DNA of 45,717 nucleotides from Octopus bimaculoides. Lineage: Eukaryota. The stretch spans positions 93,266,974-93,312,690 of the forward strand of contig NC_068986.1 of assembly GCF_001194135.2 (NCBI RefSeq), read 5' to 3'. The position numbers were made by a program, and so were the translations under genes. Below, one piece after another: positions 1 through 12,070 of the stretch. Numbering within the stretch: position 1 is the first letter of the stretch; each line of letters begins with the position of its first letter. The notes beneath the pieces are model-generated. The model saw nothing but the letters and a program-made list of their open reading frames with translations, searched no databases and was not told the origin of the DNA.

Positions 1-580
1 ACACACACATATACACATACATACATACATACATACACACACACATACATACATACATACACACATACATACATACCCATACATATACACACATGCATAC
101 ACACATACATACATGCATACATACATACATACATACACACATACATACATACCCATACATATACACACATGCATACACACATACATGCACACATACATGC
201 ACACATACATACAGACATACACATATACACATACATACATACATACATACACACACATACATACATACATACACACACATGCATACATACATACATACAT
301 ACACACATACATACATACATACACACATACATACCCATACATATACACACATGCATATACACATACATGCACACATACATACAAACATACACACACATAC
401 ACACATACATACACACATACATGCACACATACATACAAACATACACATACATACATACACACACATACATACATACACACACATATACACATACATACAT
501 ACATACATACATACATACATACACACACATACATACATACACACACACACATACGTACATACATACATACATACATACAC
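1..580. repeat. Compound (CATA)n/(CA)n microsatellite
   Basis: Continuous ACAT/AC units; the H/T/Y/I-rich ORFs at 93-698 are translations of this repeat. Confidence 0.97.
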
Positions 581-738
581 AGAGTCTTGCATTGAATATG
601 TGAGTCTGTGTGGTTGTGTGTGCTTAAACTTGGCGGCAACACAGTTAGCTACAAACACTCTGAATGACTACACTTCAATGAAAACTATTTCAAGCTGAAT
701 GGGTTTAAAACAACAATAACTCTTTACAAATATACAAT

Positions 739-740
<2 letters not shown>

Positions 741-823
<83 letters not shown>

Positions 824-890
824 TATATATATATATAATGAAAAGACACATAAAACAGAAATGATAATGATAATAATAATAATAATAATA
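741..890. repeat. (TA)n followed by (TAA)n microsatellites
   Basis: Direct reading. Confidence 0.95.
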
Positions 891-1194
891 AAACATTGCA
901 TCACATTTTTCACAGACAAACAAGCAAACATTTGTGATGGGTTTTGTTAGTATTGTCTTTTGTTTTTTTTTTAACTATTTTTATTGTCTGTTTTTATGGA
1001 ACAATCTATATTTTCCTCTTTAGATTTTCTCAAATTTAGAAAAGTTAAATTTTGTTTTATTTGTCGTGTTTATTATTATTTTTTTTTTGTTCTTCTATTC
1101 CTTTTATTTTATTGTTGTTTCATCTGGAAGCCACTTAGCAAAATAAGAGATATTAATACTGTTTTTTATTTTTTATATATCATGAATACTATGG

Positions 1195-1680
1195 ATGCCC
1201 ATATAAAGAGGCGCATAAGGAACTATGGAAAGCTGTTGGAGTAGTCACGTTGTTGTGGGGCTTGACTGAGGGGACAGTAAAAGGCTGGTCAGTATGACAA
1301 TTTTCCTGTTCCTTGGCGGTTGGCTCCTCGTCTGGGGCACCACATGCTGTGACACCTTCTCCAGCAGCATCTTGGTGTTGTCAGCTACCAGCCCAAGCTC
1401 TGCTGCTTATCAGGCTGAGAAAAGCAAATTGTTAAGGTATCGGTCACTCTCCAACAGGTTTATAATCGGGCCTGTGGCAGTTGAGGCCTCCAGCATTCTT
1501 GTCCCTCAGACCATATCCCAGCTCACCGCTATCAGGGCAGAGATTGTTGTCTGCAGGTGTGAGCTCTGTGAGCCTGAGTGGTTGTTTCATCAAATCTCCC
1601 GCACCATCTTCCAGAGCAATGCCTTTTCCATTTTGTCTGCCGGGACCATGAGAAATGTTTCTATATTGTGAGAGGCAAGA
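1195..1680 (+). mobile_element. 3' fragment of a CRE-clade non-LTR retrotransposon (restriction-like endonuclease domain), dead
   Basis: Frame reads VGLD*GDSKRLVSMT..LVWGTTCCDTF..AAYQAEKSKLLRYRSLSNRFIIGPVAVEAS..EPEWLFHQISRTIFQSNAFSILS. By eye this matches the CRE C-terminus (GDGKRPDG..LVWDATC.DT..AE..K..KY..L..F.PVAVET.G..WLFQR.S..RGNA.SIL). The catalytic PD is lost and there are upstream stops. Confidence 0.8.
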
Positions 1681-1789
1681 TGCTCTGTTAATCCTTCTCT
1701 TTTGACTTAGACAAAAGAGTGTTAATCCCAAGTTGCCCCCAGTATCAAATAAAACTGTAATCAAACGAATTTCGACCCTAGCCATCTTA

Positions 1790-1960
1790 TCTTTTATTTA
1801 GATATAGTATGTCTAGGATGAGATTATCCAGTTCTGTAATTCAGTAGGGCATGATTTGAGACATGTTTTAGCTGTTATTTCTGGAAGATCAAGTGCTTAA
1901 AGGAATGTTTCCTAGTTAGCTCATGGTGGTTGTTGTTGTTGTTATGCTTGTTTAACCTCC
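1790..1960 (-). mobile_element. SINE-like repeat family D ((AAC)n tail), decayed
   Basis: Similar to copies at 3745-3935, 19035-19255, 19285-19600, 35170-35320. Confidence 0.55.
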
Positions 1961-2264
1961 CCAAATTGGCTTCATTAAACAAACCTTCTATGGTTGAAGG
2001 CATTCCAGCTGAAGCCTTCTTGTTTCTTTAAGAATGTCTATGAATATGTTATCTCATGTATCCTCTCTTTACTAGAGATTTGGATGCCTTTTCTAACAAG
2101 CCAAATGACCCGGTTGAGGCTTCCACATCAACTCAAGCATGGTCATATTTTCTTATTTGTTCTTTAAGTCCATAAGGTTGTTGGAGAGGATAGACGATAA
2201 GCCCAGAAGCAACTGCTATCCTGTGAACTTACATATTTTTTTTATTTACTTGTTCCAGTCATTT

Positions 2265-2630
2265 GACTGCTGGTGGCACATAAAAAGCACCATTCAAGCA
2301 TGGTTGATGCCAGTACCAGCTGGCTGATCCCGTGTCAGTAGCTCGTAAAAAGCGTCCTTCGAGTGTGGTCATTGCCAGTTCCGCCTGACTGACTCCTGTG
2401 CCGATGGCATGTAAAAGGCACCATTCAAGCTTGGTTGATGCCAGTACTGCCTGACTGGCCTCATGCCAGTGGCACGTAAAAAGTACACACTACACTCTCA
2501 GAGTGGTTGGTGTTAGGAAGGGTATCCAGCTGTAGAAACTTTGCCATATCGGATTGGAGCCTGGTGCAGCCTTCTGGGTTGCCAGCATGGAAAGCAGACA
2601 TTAAATGATGACGACTATGATGACGATGTA
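2265..2630 (+). mobile_element. RTE-LINE 3'UTR / RTE-tailed repeat (family C)
   Basis: ggcacgtaaaaagcacc internal repeats, gttaggaagggcatccagctgtagaaac, ends gcatggaaagcagacattaaa(tga)n; same family as 5822-6160 and 12528-12880. Confidence 0.85.
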
Positions 2631-3019
2631 TGGACACAGTCCAATGATGAAAATCTGCTTAAGGATCATATAAGGGTGCAGATAGCAGAAGTAGTACAGT
2701 TTTGAGTTTAAAAAGCTTTTTGTTGTTGGATCCCTTTCATTCCTCAAGCTTTTGATAAACACCAATCAAGTACCTGAGTTGATCTAGATTAATACCTGTG
2801 GTTTTGTACTTGTATAAGGAATCATAATCATTACTATTATAATCTTTGACACCATGATTATCTTCATAATTACATTCATCTTTACAGTTAATGTCATCAT
2901 CATTATCATCCACAGCAGCAGTGACAGCATCATCACTCATCATCATCATTACAATTTCTGTTGTTGAATGTTCACATTTTTTTCCCCCGACATCGTGTTT
3001 GTGTGGGTTGTACAGATCT

Positions 3020-3260
3020 GTAATTAATAGGACATGTCTCCCCCAACTCCATTTTCTGTCCTGTAATATGACCATCACTTCTATGAGAATTCTGCATCCT
3101 TCGATCTGACCTCAGCACTTCTTTCCCTGTCTTATGTTAGCTTTCATCTTGGCATGGCCACCTCCCATTGTCATATCTTGGTACATTATTGGAACTTTTG
3201 CTCCTTATGGCCACTTGGGAACCCCAAACCGCCATCAGTTCTTCTCATAACCCAACTATC
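3020..3260 (-). mobile_element. Decayed RTE-LINE C-terminal fragment
   Basis: Minus frame ILQDRKWSWGRHV resembles the RTE motif RKW.WAGHV. Confidence 0.45.
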
Positions 3261-3744
3261 ATGTTATTTTATCCTGCTTGCTTGATTGATTTATTGATTG
3301 CTTGATTGATTACTCTGTCTGATCTGTTATCTCAGAAACTACTGAAGCTTAGAAATACAAATTATTTTATCAAATAAACTTCATTTTTGTTTCAAATATT
3401 GCTGCACTGCAATTGGCAAGGTGCTGCAGTGGACTGCTTTCCATGTGATCCTTGCCCTTTGCAACACAAAAGAAGGGAGGTGGCAGGATGGCCACATCAC
3501 ACACTCAAATGCACAACCTACTGCATCATGAGCAACCAGCAATCCCTTACTTGTAAAACAGGTAAGGGTTTGAAACAGGAAGTTCATCTAGTCACCGCCT
3601 CAAATGTGTAACTATCCGATTTATGCCAGAATTAAAAAACATGTAAAGCAAATGAATAAATTGCTAGGTTTTTTTTTTTTAGTAAGGTATTTTGATATAA
3701 GCTGCCCAGTGCAGCTCTGTCCTCAATATCAACCTCTATCTGGT

Positions 3745-3935
3745 TCTCAATATGCTGAAAATAGCTACCATATATCGCTCAATTCTCGCCCTCACTGTCC
3801 TAAAAGAGGGGCACATTGGAAAATGATAATATAGACCTTGATGCCTTGCTTCCAAGATGGCAGAGTAGTCATGGGTGGAATGCCTTTGGTCAGAGGTCTG
3901 TTTGACCAGGGTTCAATGAGCTGTGGTTAAGAAAC
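3745..3935 (+). mobile_element. SINE-like repeat family D
   Basis: aaatagct..aaagaggggcacattgg..ggaatgcctttggtcagaggtctg shared with the 19035 copy. Confidence 0.55.
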
Positions 3936-4064
3936 GACTTGTTGAGCAAGTTATAATTCATATCAAAATAACAAAATGCACCACAAATATATTCATACAC
4001 AAAATGGTAGAATATTTTTCAGATATTGATATAGTCATATGAATATTATAGTGACATAAAAAAT

Positions 4065-4330
4065 CATCATTATTTCAAAGTCATTTTAGCATCCACTTTT
4101 CCATGTCTGCATGGGTCAGGAGGAATTCATTGATGCAGATTTTCTACAATCAGATGCCCTTCCTGATGCCAACCTTCACCATTTTGCAAGCAATGTAATA
4201 TTTTCTCATTGCCAGACATGCTTGCAAGGAACATGGGAAATGAACAGTGCCATTTCTATGATGGTTTTGATCGTTTTATAACTGTTGCATAATGTCAAGA
4301 CAAGGCGACTCGCACACATTTGCATGAGCA
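4065..4330 (-). mobile_element. Family C (RTE tail) copy
   Basis: ttttccatg..catggg..gatgcccttcctgatgccaacc. Confidence 0.7.
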
Positions 4331-4335
4331 TGCAC

Positions 4336-4376
<41 letters not shown>

Positions 4377-4404
4377 CACATACATACATAAACTATGGTT
4401 TTGG

Positions 4405-4568
4405 CCCAACATATGATGGGCTTCTTTCAGTTTCCATTTGCCAAATCCTATCACAAGGCTTTGGTCAGCCAGAAGCTATAATAGAATACACTTGCCCACT
4501 GTGCCACACTATAGGACTTGAACCCAAAACCATGTGGCTATAATGTGAACTTCTGAGCCACACAACCA
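4405..4568 (-). mobile_element. tRNA-derived SINE family B, 5' half
   Basis: Reverse complement of the 41285-41445 head. Confidence 0.75.
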
Positions 4569-4666
4569 GTAAAATGCAGATCAATATTTTCTAACTTTGA
4601 TAGCAACACTTTCAGATTAGAGTTTCTATAAAAATTGGTAAAACAAAATAATACAAAATGTTTGTT

Positions 4667-4850
4667 GGAGTAGCAGAATCATTAGAACGCCAGACAAAAT
4701 ACCTTCCAGTATTTGTTCTGCCTCTCTACATTCTGAGTTCAAATTCTGCTGAAGTTATGTTTTACTTGCATTCTTTTGGAGTCAGTAAAATAAAGTACCA
4801 TCCAACTGTTTGGGTCGATTTAACCAACTGCTGATCTCTGCAAATGTGCA
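4667..4850 (+). mobile_element. tRNA-derived SINE family A
   Basis: gcagaatcattag..ttctgagttcaaattc (B-box-like)..aaataaagtacca. Confidence 0.75.
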
Positions 4851-5206
4851 ATGAGCTAGCAGAAGTCAGTTGAACCCCCATCTAAGTATGTAGCTTCTAT
4901 AGAAGGTGAAGTGAGACATCAGTTGGAGTGCACTGTTGCACTCAATATCATCCATCTGTAACACCCTGTATCACTGCAGATAGAACACACACACACACAC
5001 ACACACACACAACATGCGCATCCTGTCTATCACTGACACATATGCATAGTCTCTTTTTCTTTCTCTCTCTCTCTCTCTCTTTCTCTCCCTTCTCCCTCTC
5101 TTCCCTTTGCTCTTCCCCTCTCTCTCTAAAAGCTGACCCTTTTAAAAAAAGATAATACAAATGAAAAAGAAAATGAATTGTTAATTGAACAAAATGTATT
5201 TAAATA

Positions 5207-5423
5207 CTAGTTTCACATTTTGGCACAAGGCCAGCAATCTCAGGGGAGGAGATAAGTCAATTACATCGATCCCCAGAGCACAACTGGTACTTATTTTATC
5301 AACCATATAAGATGAAAGGCAAAGTTTACCATGGCAGCATTTGAACTCAGGACATAAAGATTGATGAACTGCCGCTAAGCATTTTGCCCAGCATGCTAAC
5401 AACTGTGCCAGCTCACTGCCTTA
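5207..5423 (-). mobile_element. tRNA-derived SINE family A
   Basis: Reverse complement of the family A head and tail. Confidence 0.8.
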
Positions 5424-5821
5424 ACACATTCAAATATTAACCACATGTATCACGAAGTACGTTCATATACAATGCTACATAACTACTTAGGGTCTTTCAG
5501 ACACTGATAGCTATAACAATAATAATAGTTAGTTGTACACAATATACTGAAAATTCAAATACTGATCACATATTGACAACAGAAAAACAAAATAGTCGTT
5601 CTCTTTCTGTTCGTTAACTATTGACTTTTAAATAATTGTGTCTTCTGGTTATGTAAGAGAATGGAGAAAGATGAAGATGGCTGTGTGTACATCAAATGTT
5701 GTTGTATCTGTTTGTTATATAGTTACCTGTTCATATTTCTTCTGTGAGATATTGCTTTTATTCTCTCTTAGATTGGTACTTAGAGTGACCAATATTCCTC
5801 ATTTTTGGGGGTTTTTTTCTA

Positions 5822-6160
5822 AAATCATCATCATCATCATCATCGTTTAACTTCCGCTTTCCATGCTAGCATGGGTTGGACGATTTGACTGAGGACTGGT
5901 GAACCGGATGGCAACACCAGGCTTCAATCTGATTTGGCAGAGTTTCTACAGCTGGATGCCCTTCCTAACGCCAACCACTCCGAGAGTATAGTGGGTGCTT
6001 TTACGTACCACCGGCATGAAGGCCAGTCAGGTGGTACTGGCAACAGCCATGCTCAAAATGGTGTATTTTACGTGCCACCTGCACAGGAACCAGTCCAGCG
6101 GCACTGACATGATCTCGCTCGAATGCCTTTACACATGCCACCGGCACAAGTGCCAGGAAT
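5822..6160 (-). mobile_element. Family C (RTE 3'UTR) young copy
   Basis: (cat)n cgtttaac..ccatgctagcatgggttggacg; near-identical to 12528-12880. Confidence 0.9.
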
Positions 6161-6323
6161 ATTTGATATTATATGTTTGTGACCTGGTAACTGAAATGAG
6201 CAAGGTCTGCTACATGGAAGTGAACATGGTTTACTAGATAAATTGAGCAAGATCTGCCAGATGAAGTAAGATGTGTTTGATGAAGTAAAATCTGCTAGAT
6301 GACATGAATAAGATCTGCTTGAT

Positions 6324-6570
6324 CAGTGGTTCTCAACCATTTTTTTTACTTATGGACCCCTTTAGTTTCTGTTTTAACTCAGGTGGACCCTTATAGCCAG
6401 TTGATGTTTTTTTTAATATTTTTATAATTATGTATTATTAGGAATTGTATAAAAAAATTGTTAAAATATTTCATGTATTGTAAAATTTTAGGCAATTTAT
6501 TGAGCACAAATTTTAACAAAATCTTATGTGGGTCCCTAAGGGTCATATAGACCCTTATTGAGAACTGCTG
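6324..6570. mobile_element. hAT (Charlie-type) MITE
   Basis: TIRs cagtggttctcaa / ttgagaactgctg; 8-bp flanks tgcttgat / tgctagac (6/8 identical). Confidence 0.75.
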
Positions 6571-7429
6571 TGCTAGACAAAGTGAGCAATTGTCTTCTTG
6601 TTTAGTTAGGAGTGAATGCCAGGGCCCTTTAAACTTTTTGGGTGGCCAAAGCCATGGTTTATGGGTTGTTGCAACATGAAGTAATCTAATTCAATGATGT
6701 TATCCTCCAACAAGCAACCTGATGGGAAGGAAGGTTTTCAGCAGTTTGGATTCCGCTAAAGATACCCCAGGACCAGATGTTGGGGATATTAAAATGAGCA
6801 ATGGATTTAGTTCACCACCCAACAGATTTCTATAGTTTCTACCTACCTAGTTTTACTGGGTAGGTAGAAACTGTTGATTATGGCGCCAGTGTGTGGCACT
6901 GAAGTATGAACCATATGATTGCAAAGAGAGTTTCTTCAACACATGGCTATACGTGCAAGTATGTATGTAGTTAGGCTTAGTTGGTATTTGAAGCGAGGAT
7001 CTTTTGCACTTGAGGTGAGTGATGTCAGAGAATCAGATAGATCTGGCCTGGGACTGGACATATTGTGACAATTTCCATTCTTAGTTTTCTCAGAGTGCTG
7101 AAGCATCATCGAAGGTCTTCATTTTTGTGCATCAACTTCAAAATTATACTTGCTCTAATTTGACAAAATGGAAATCTCAGGCATTTTAGAATAATTTTTG
7201 GTCATATTTTTTCAACATTCTTTGCAAAAGCTGTTTGTTTTTTTTTTTCTGGTTTTTTTCCTCACTTTTTTTTCCATTGTTGTTCAAAACATAACCTGAT
7301 GGATGGAAAATTAAGTCATTTAAGATCTTAATCTAAAATTGAAATTTTTTTTTTTTCTAAGGTGTTATTATAATATTCATTAAAAAAAAATGTGCTTGGT
7401 GCCTGCTTTTTGTGGCCTCTGCCACTTGT

Positions 7430-8380
7430 CATCAGTATAATATCATCATTGTCATCATGAACCTCCTCTTCCACACCACCATCATTGCTCATCATTTATC
7501 AATGTTTATCATCATTGTTCGTTATTCTCATCATTCATCATTACCATAATTACTTCCCATGGACATATCATCCTTAAGAACTACATCAGTTCCTCTTCCA
7601 CACTACACAAACAAGTTGATAGTGCCTCCATCATCATGCCACTATTTCACCTTCACTACTTCACTACAACCCTTATCAACATCATTGTTACTAAAAGCAA
7701 CAGTAGCAACAATAAAACATCAGCTATTTGAACCAACCTTAAACCTCGTGATTAGCAACAATAGCACCATGCCAACTCCACAAATACCAGTGTCCCCATC
7801 AGTAACATCACCACTGTCATCATCATCATCGTCATCATCATAACTCTAAGCTACCCCATCATCATCACCACTGGTAACACCACCATCTTCATCATTAGCA
7901 ACATTATGATATCATCAGGACTCTTACCACCACTATCAATAACGCCATCATCACCATTAACATCAGCACATCAACATGAATAACATTACAACCATCTTCA
8001 TCATCATCGTCGTCACTATTAGCAGCATCATCGGTATTAGAAATAGCATCAACAACAGTGCCAGCACCATTAGCAACAACAATATCATCCTATCAGCCTA
8101 TACAGCTAACACTTCCATCAGCACCAACATCATCCTCACTAGTAGCAATAGCATCAACATCACCACATCACTACAACTAACACCATCCACATTAGCAACA
8201 CTGTCACTGTCATCACTATTAGCAACATCGACACTGTCTGCACAACACCACCATCATCATCATCATCACCCCACTGCCACCACCACCACCATTAGCATAA
8301 ACACCTTTACCATTGGCAACAACAACAGCACCAGTATATCAATGCAACTAACATTTTTGTCACCATTAGCAACCATGTTA
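7430..8380. repeat. Degenerate (CAT/CAC/CAA)n triplet low-complexity tract
   Basis: Direct reading; explains the T/I/S/H-rich ORFs at 7559 and 7976. Confidence 0.85.
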
Positions 8381-8602
8381 GCATCACTGAGAGCCTTTAC
8401 ATCATTGCTTTGCCTGCTGGAGATAGAGCACAAACCTTCCTCAAGTTACATTTTACCATTGAAGGACACATGAAATAATATAATCCTTGATACAACACAA
8501 TGACTGCAAAAAAGGTGTGAGGGTCATGTTCGGTATGTCTCTGAAAGTTGCTGGATCAGGTCTGATAATGAAGCTGAACAATGGCAGTATTCATTACCAT
8601 CT

Positions 8603-8818
8603 AAGATGGCAAGCTGGCAGAACCATTAGCATGCCAGGCAAACATGCTTAACAGCATTTCATCTGTCTTTATGTTCTGAGTTCAAATTCCACCAAGGTTG
8701 ACTTTGCCTTTCATTCTTTCTGGGTCGATAAAATAAGTACCAGTTGAGCCCTGGGAGTTGATGTAATCAACTTATGCCCTCCCGCAAAATTGTTGTCCTT
8801 GCATCAAAATTTGGAATC
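8603..8818 (+). mobile_element. tRNA-derived SINE family A
   Basis: gcaagctggcagaaccattagc..gttctgagttcaaattcc..gtcgataaaataagtaccag. Confidence 0.85.
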
Positions 8819-8981
8819 AGTTTTCACTACCATCATTATTGTCATCTTCTCTGCTAACAGCAAGCTACTACAACAACGCTAATACATTCGCAATGGTACT
8901 GACATTACATTTACTACAAACACCATCATGCCATCACCAACAACATTATTATCAACAACAACATCATCTATTAAAACATTG

Positions 8982-9638
8982 GGATCTTGTTCAAAACGGG
9001 GGCACCAGTTTTCATTAATGTTTTATGTAGTGTTTTTGGTACCAAAAGACTTTCAAACTTCGTATACTTATCTATTTTGTGTTATAGAACGGAAAAACAT
9101 GTTTGTATTCGGATTTATTTCATGTAAAAAATTGTCTTATTTCGATAATTTCAACCAATCACTGACAAGTATTCAGCTGTTTACAAGTTACTCCTTTGGC
9201 ACTTTAAGCGGTGTAAAGCGTATTTAATCTCCATTACTTCTGACATTTTGCAGAGGCAACACACGTGTGTTCGTTTTCCCTAACCCTAACCGACTTGCTC
9301 CTTCCCTCAAAAACCATGCTTTGTGCCTATAATAGAAAGGTTTATTAGCTACTGCCAATATGCTTCAGCCATTTTTGACAAGGAAATAATAATTTTATCA
9401 CCGCCGAGATTCGTTTGTTTACGTAGTCAGCACTTAATTTTTACGGCTGAATGGACATCAGTCATTGGTTGAAATTACAGAAATACGACAACTTTAACAT
9501 GAAATAACTTGCGATGTACGTTTTTTTGTTAAGAAGACTAAGAGAAAAAGATGTTTTATATGACACATTCTACCAGTGTCCCTAGTTTCAAAGTGTTTCG
9601 TTAAGAAAATACTGGTGCCCCCGTTTTGAACAAAATCC
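8982..9638. mobile_element. Non-autonomous DNA transposon, Merlin-like
   Basis: ~40-bp TIRs ggat(c/t)ttgttcaaaacgggggcaccagt; perfect 8-bp TSD aaacattg (8974-8981, 9639-9646); 5'-GG termini; no transposase. Confidence 0.8.
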
Positions 9639-10399
9639 AAACATTGTCACTTCCACTATTACCACTACCATCATCACCAACTGTTTTACCTAAAATAGTA
9701 CCACTAGCCTAGAACGTACGTCTCTTTGATGTTTTTTGGGGTTTTTTTAATTTCCATAATTGCAATCTTTTCATAGATCTTTTGACACTTTGATCACCAA
9801 TTAACTGCAAAATAAGTGAAAAAAAATATGCTTCCTGTATCTTTTGGAATTTCTGCTATTAGCAATTTCCATTGCTGGGAGTGGGGAAAAGGGTGTTAGG
9901 TTTATTTAAATTTTTTTTTTTTTTTCTAAACTTCAAAGCAGGCTGACATATTTTTTTCTTTTGACGGGATTTTTTTTTTTTTTTTTTTTCTGTTGGGAGT
10001 TAAGCTGTGTTTGAATGAATTTCTGTCAAAAGATTTGGCAGGTGGAAAACTCAGGCGCGAGGTGTGATTGGATGAATTTTTGTCAAAAATTTTGGATGGG
10101 ATGGAGAATGGCTATGATTGGATGATATTTGTCAAAAGATATCACAAATGTAGAGTTTGGATGTGAGGTGTGATTGGATAGTTTTTGTTAAAAAGTTTGG
10201 TTGGGATAGAACTAGGGTATGGTTGCACAATTGTTATTATTTTTCTGTTACAGGGCAATCAGGTGGCAAAATTAGTAGGAGACCTAATAAAATACTGTAA
10301 AGTTATTCTATTAGATCTCTCTGTTTCTGAGTTCAAATCCTCCAGTTGTGAAGTAGTATTTTTTTTTCATCTGTTGTAAAGATAACTTGTTTTTGATGA

Positions 10400-10501
10400 A
10401 TGCCTCTAAAAAATTGGTGCCTTGGGTAAGTGTCTTCTACTATAGCCTCGGGCTGACCAAAGCCTTGTTAGTGGATTTGATAGACAGAAACTGAAAGAAG
10501 C

Positions 10502-10589
<88 letters not shown>

Positions 10590-10935
10590 AAATTAAGGTA
10601 CTCAGAAACCTGGATGTTTGTACATTTACAGATTTTTATTAATGTCACATATTAAATGAAGCGCTTTTCACCTAGTCGTGTAGGTTTTCCAAATTGTTTC
10701 AAAACAATATATATATATATATGTACATGTTTGTGTGTCTGTGTTTGTCCCATGCCATCGCTTGACAACCATCATTGGTGTGTTTACGTCCCCGTAACAT
10801 TAGTGGTTCGGCACAAGAGACCGATAGAATAAGTACTAGGCTTACAAAGAATAGGTCCTGGAGTTGATTTGATCGACAAAAGGTGGTGCTCCAGCATGGC
10901 CACAGTCAAATGACTGAAACAAGTAAAAGAATAAA
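10400..10935 (+). mobile_element. SINE family B interrupted in its (TA)n linker by a ~115-bp insert
   Basis: Head 10420-10508 and tail 10720-10935 align with the complete copy 41285-41675; the insert at ~10590-10708 is absent there. Confidence 0.85.
10655..10695 (-). ncRNA. Minimal type-I hammerhead ribozyme motif, variant core (U3-A8, A6G)
   Basis: Minus strand AAU UUGGAAA ACCUA cacgac UAGGU GAAA AGCGCU UC AUU: 5-bp stem II, AAGCGCUU palindrome, UUC site, 3-bp stem I, AATAAA downstream. Confidence 0.55.
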
Positions 10936-11699
10936 AGAATATACAAATGTGTTTATGTGTATGTATATATATGTATATAATGTTAACGCATGTATCATAC
11001 ACATACATATATGAGCACACTGCGATGCATACATAAGACATGTATATGTACATAAATACACACACACACACACACACACACACGCATACACACACTCACA
11101 CACATACTTGTATGGGCAACCACATAGAGTGAATTGATATCTTTTTAAATTCCTACGATCAAATAAAACCCCTTACAGATCATGTGCAAGACTGGCAATA
11201 TAGATATATATCTGCGTGAGTCTGAGGAATAAGTCTGTTAAGAAGATATGTATTTTAAGTTTTATTGTTGTGTTGTTTGTCTGAGATATTCACAGAGAAT
11301 TCTAGAACCTCTACCCCCATCACAGCTCATCAGCATCCAACATTCTTAGAAGATAAGATGTGATCCTTGGATGCCATCGTAGAACATCAGATATTTTCAG
11401 GCGTTGGGGGTAGGCCTATTTTGCTTCACATATGTGGGGGATGTATACATCTATGTGCTTTCGTCTGTGTGTTTGTGTTTGTGTATCAAACACTGGAAAT
11501 AAGCCTATTTTATGTCTATGAAGATTTGTATGTATGTTTGTGTGTGTGTGCATGTGTGTGTGTGTGTTAGATGTGTGTATGCATATTGGTGTCTGGGTAT
11601 GCATGTAGGTATTTGTGTGTGTGTGCAAATATGTATGTGTTTCAGCAGTATTTGAGTGAAAGTGACAGAAAACATTGAAACGTGTAGTGGGAGTGAAGT

Positions 11700-12070
11700 T
11701 CATTGTAATAGAGTGGTGGTGGTGGTGGGTTGTAATGGAATAGAGTGGTGGTTGTGTTAGTTGTGTGGGGGAGTCATGATGATGGCAGAGTAGACAGTGG
11801 TTTTGATAGTGGTGTGGGTGTTGGTTGTGGTGGTCGTTATTGTGGCAGGGTTGATAGTGGTTTTGGATATGGTGTAGGTGGTGGAGCAGATGGTGCTTTT
11901 GTGTGGTGTTGGTGGAAGTTGTGGTAATGGTGTAGTTTCCATGGTGGTTGCATTGGCATGTGAATTAGATGATTGAAGTGTTAGTAACAGTAAAGATCAT
12001 AGTTGTAGTGGTAGCGTAGGTGGTAGTGCAGTGTTAATGATAACAGTAAAAATAATAATAATAGTAAATA
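11700..12070. repeat. Degenerate (GGT/GTG/GTA)n tract
   Basis: Direct reading. Confidence 0.8.

Noticed and set aside
93-698. Long His/Thr/Tyr/Ile ORFs (also at 13770-14249, 16278-16536, 18196-18565 and similar)
   Set aside because: Translations of CATA/CA/TA microsatellites that lack stop codons
3410-3561. + strand exon candidate ending ACAG|gtaagg
   Set aside because: Poor acceptor and no recognisable peptide; strong donors occur by chance at this scale
7400-7445. Minus-strand attata-CTGATGA-caa-gtggc-agag-gccac-aaaaag, hammerhead-like
   Set aside because: No GAAA, no palindrome or stem III, no stem-I partner, and extra nucleotides before stem II
10005-10205. CRISPR array interpretation of the repeat-spacer pattern
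   Set aside because: Degenerate repeats, irregular spacers, animal genome context and no cas genes
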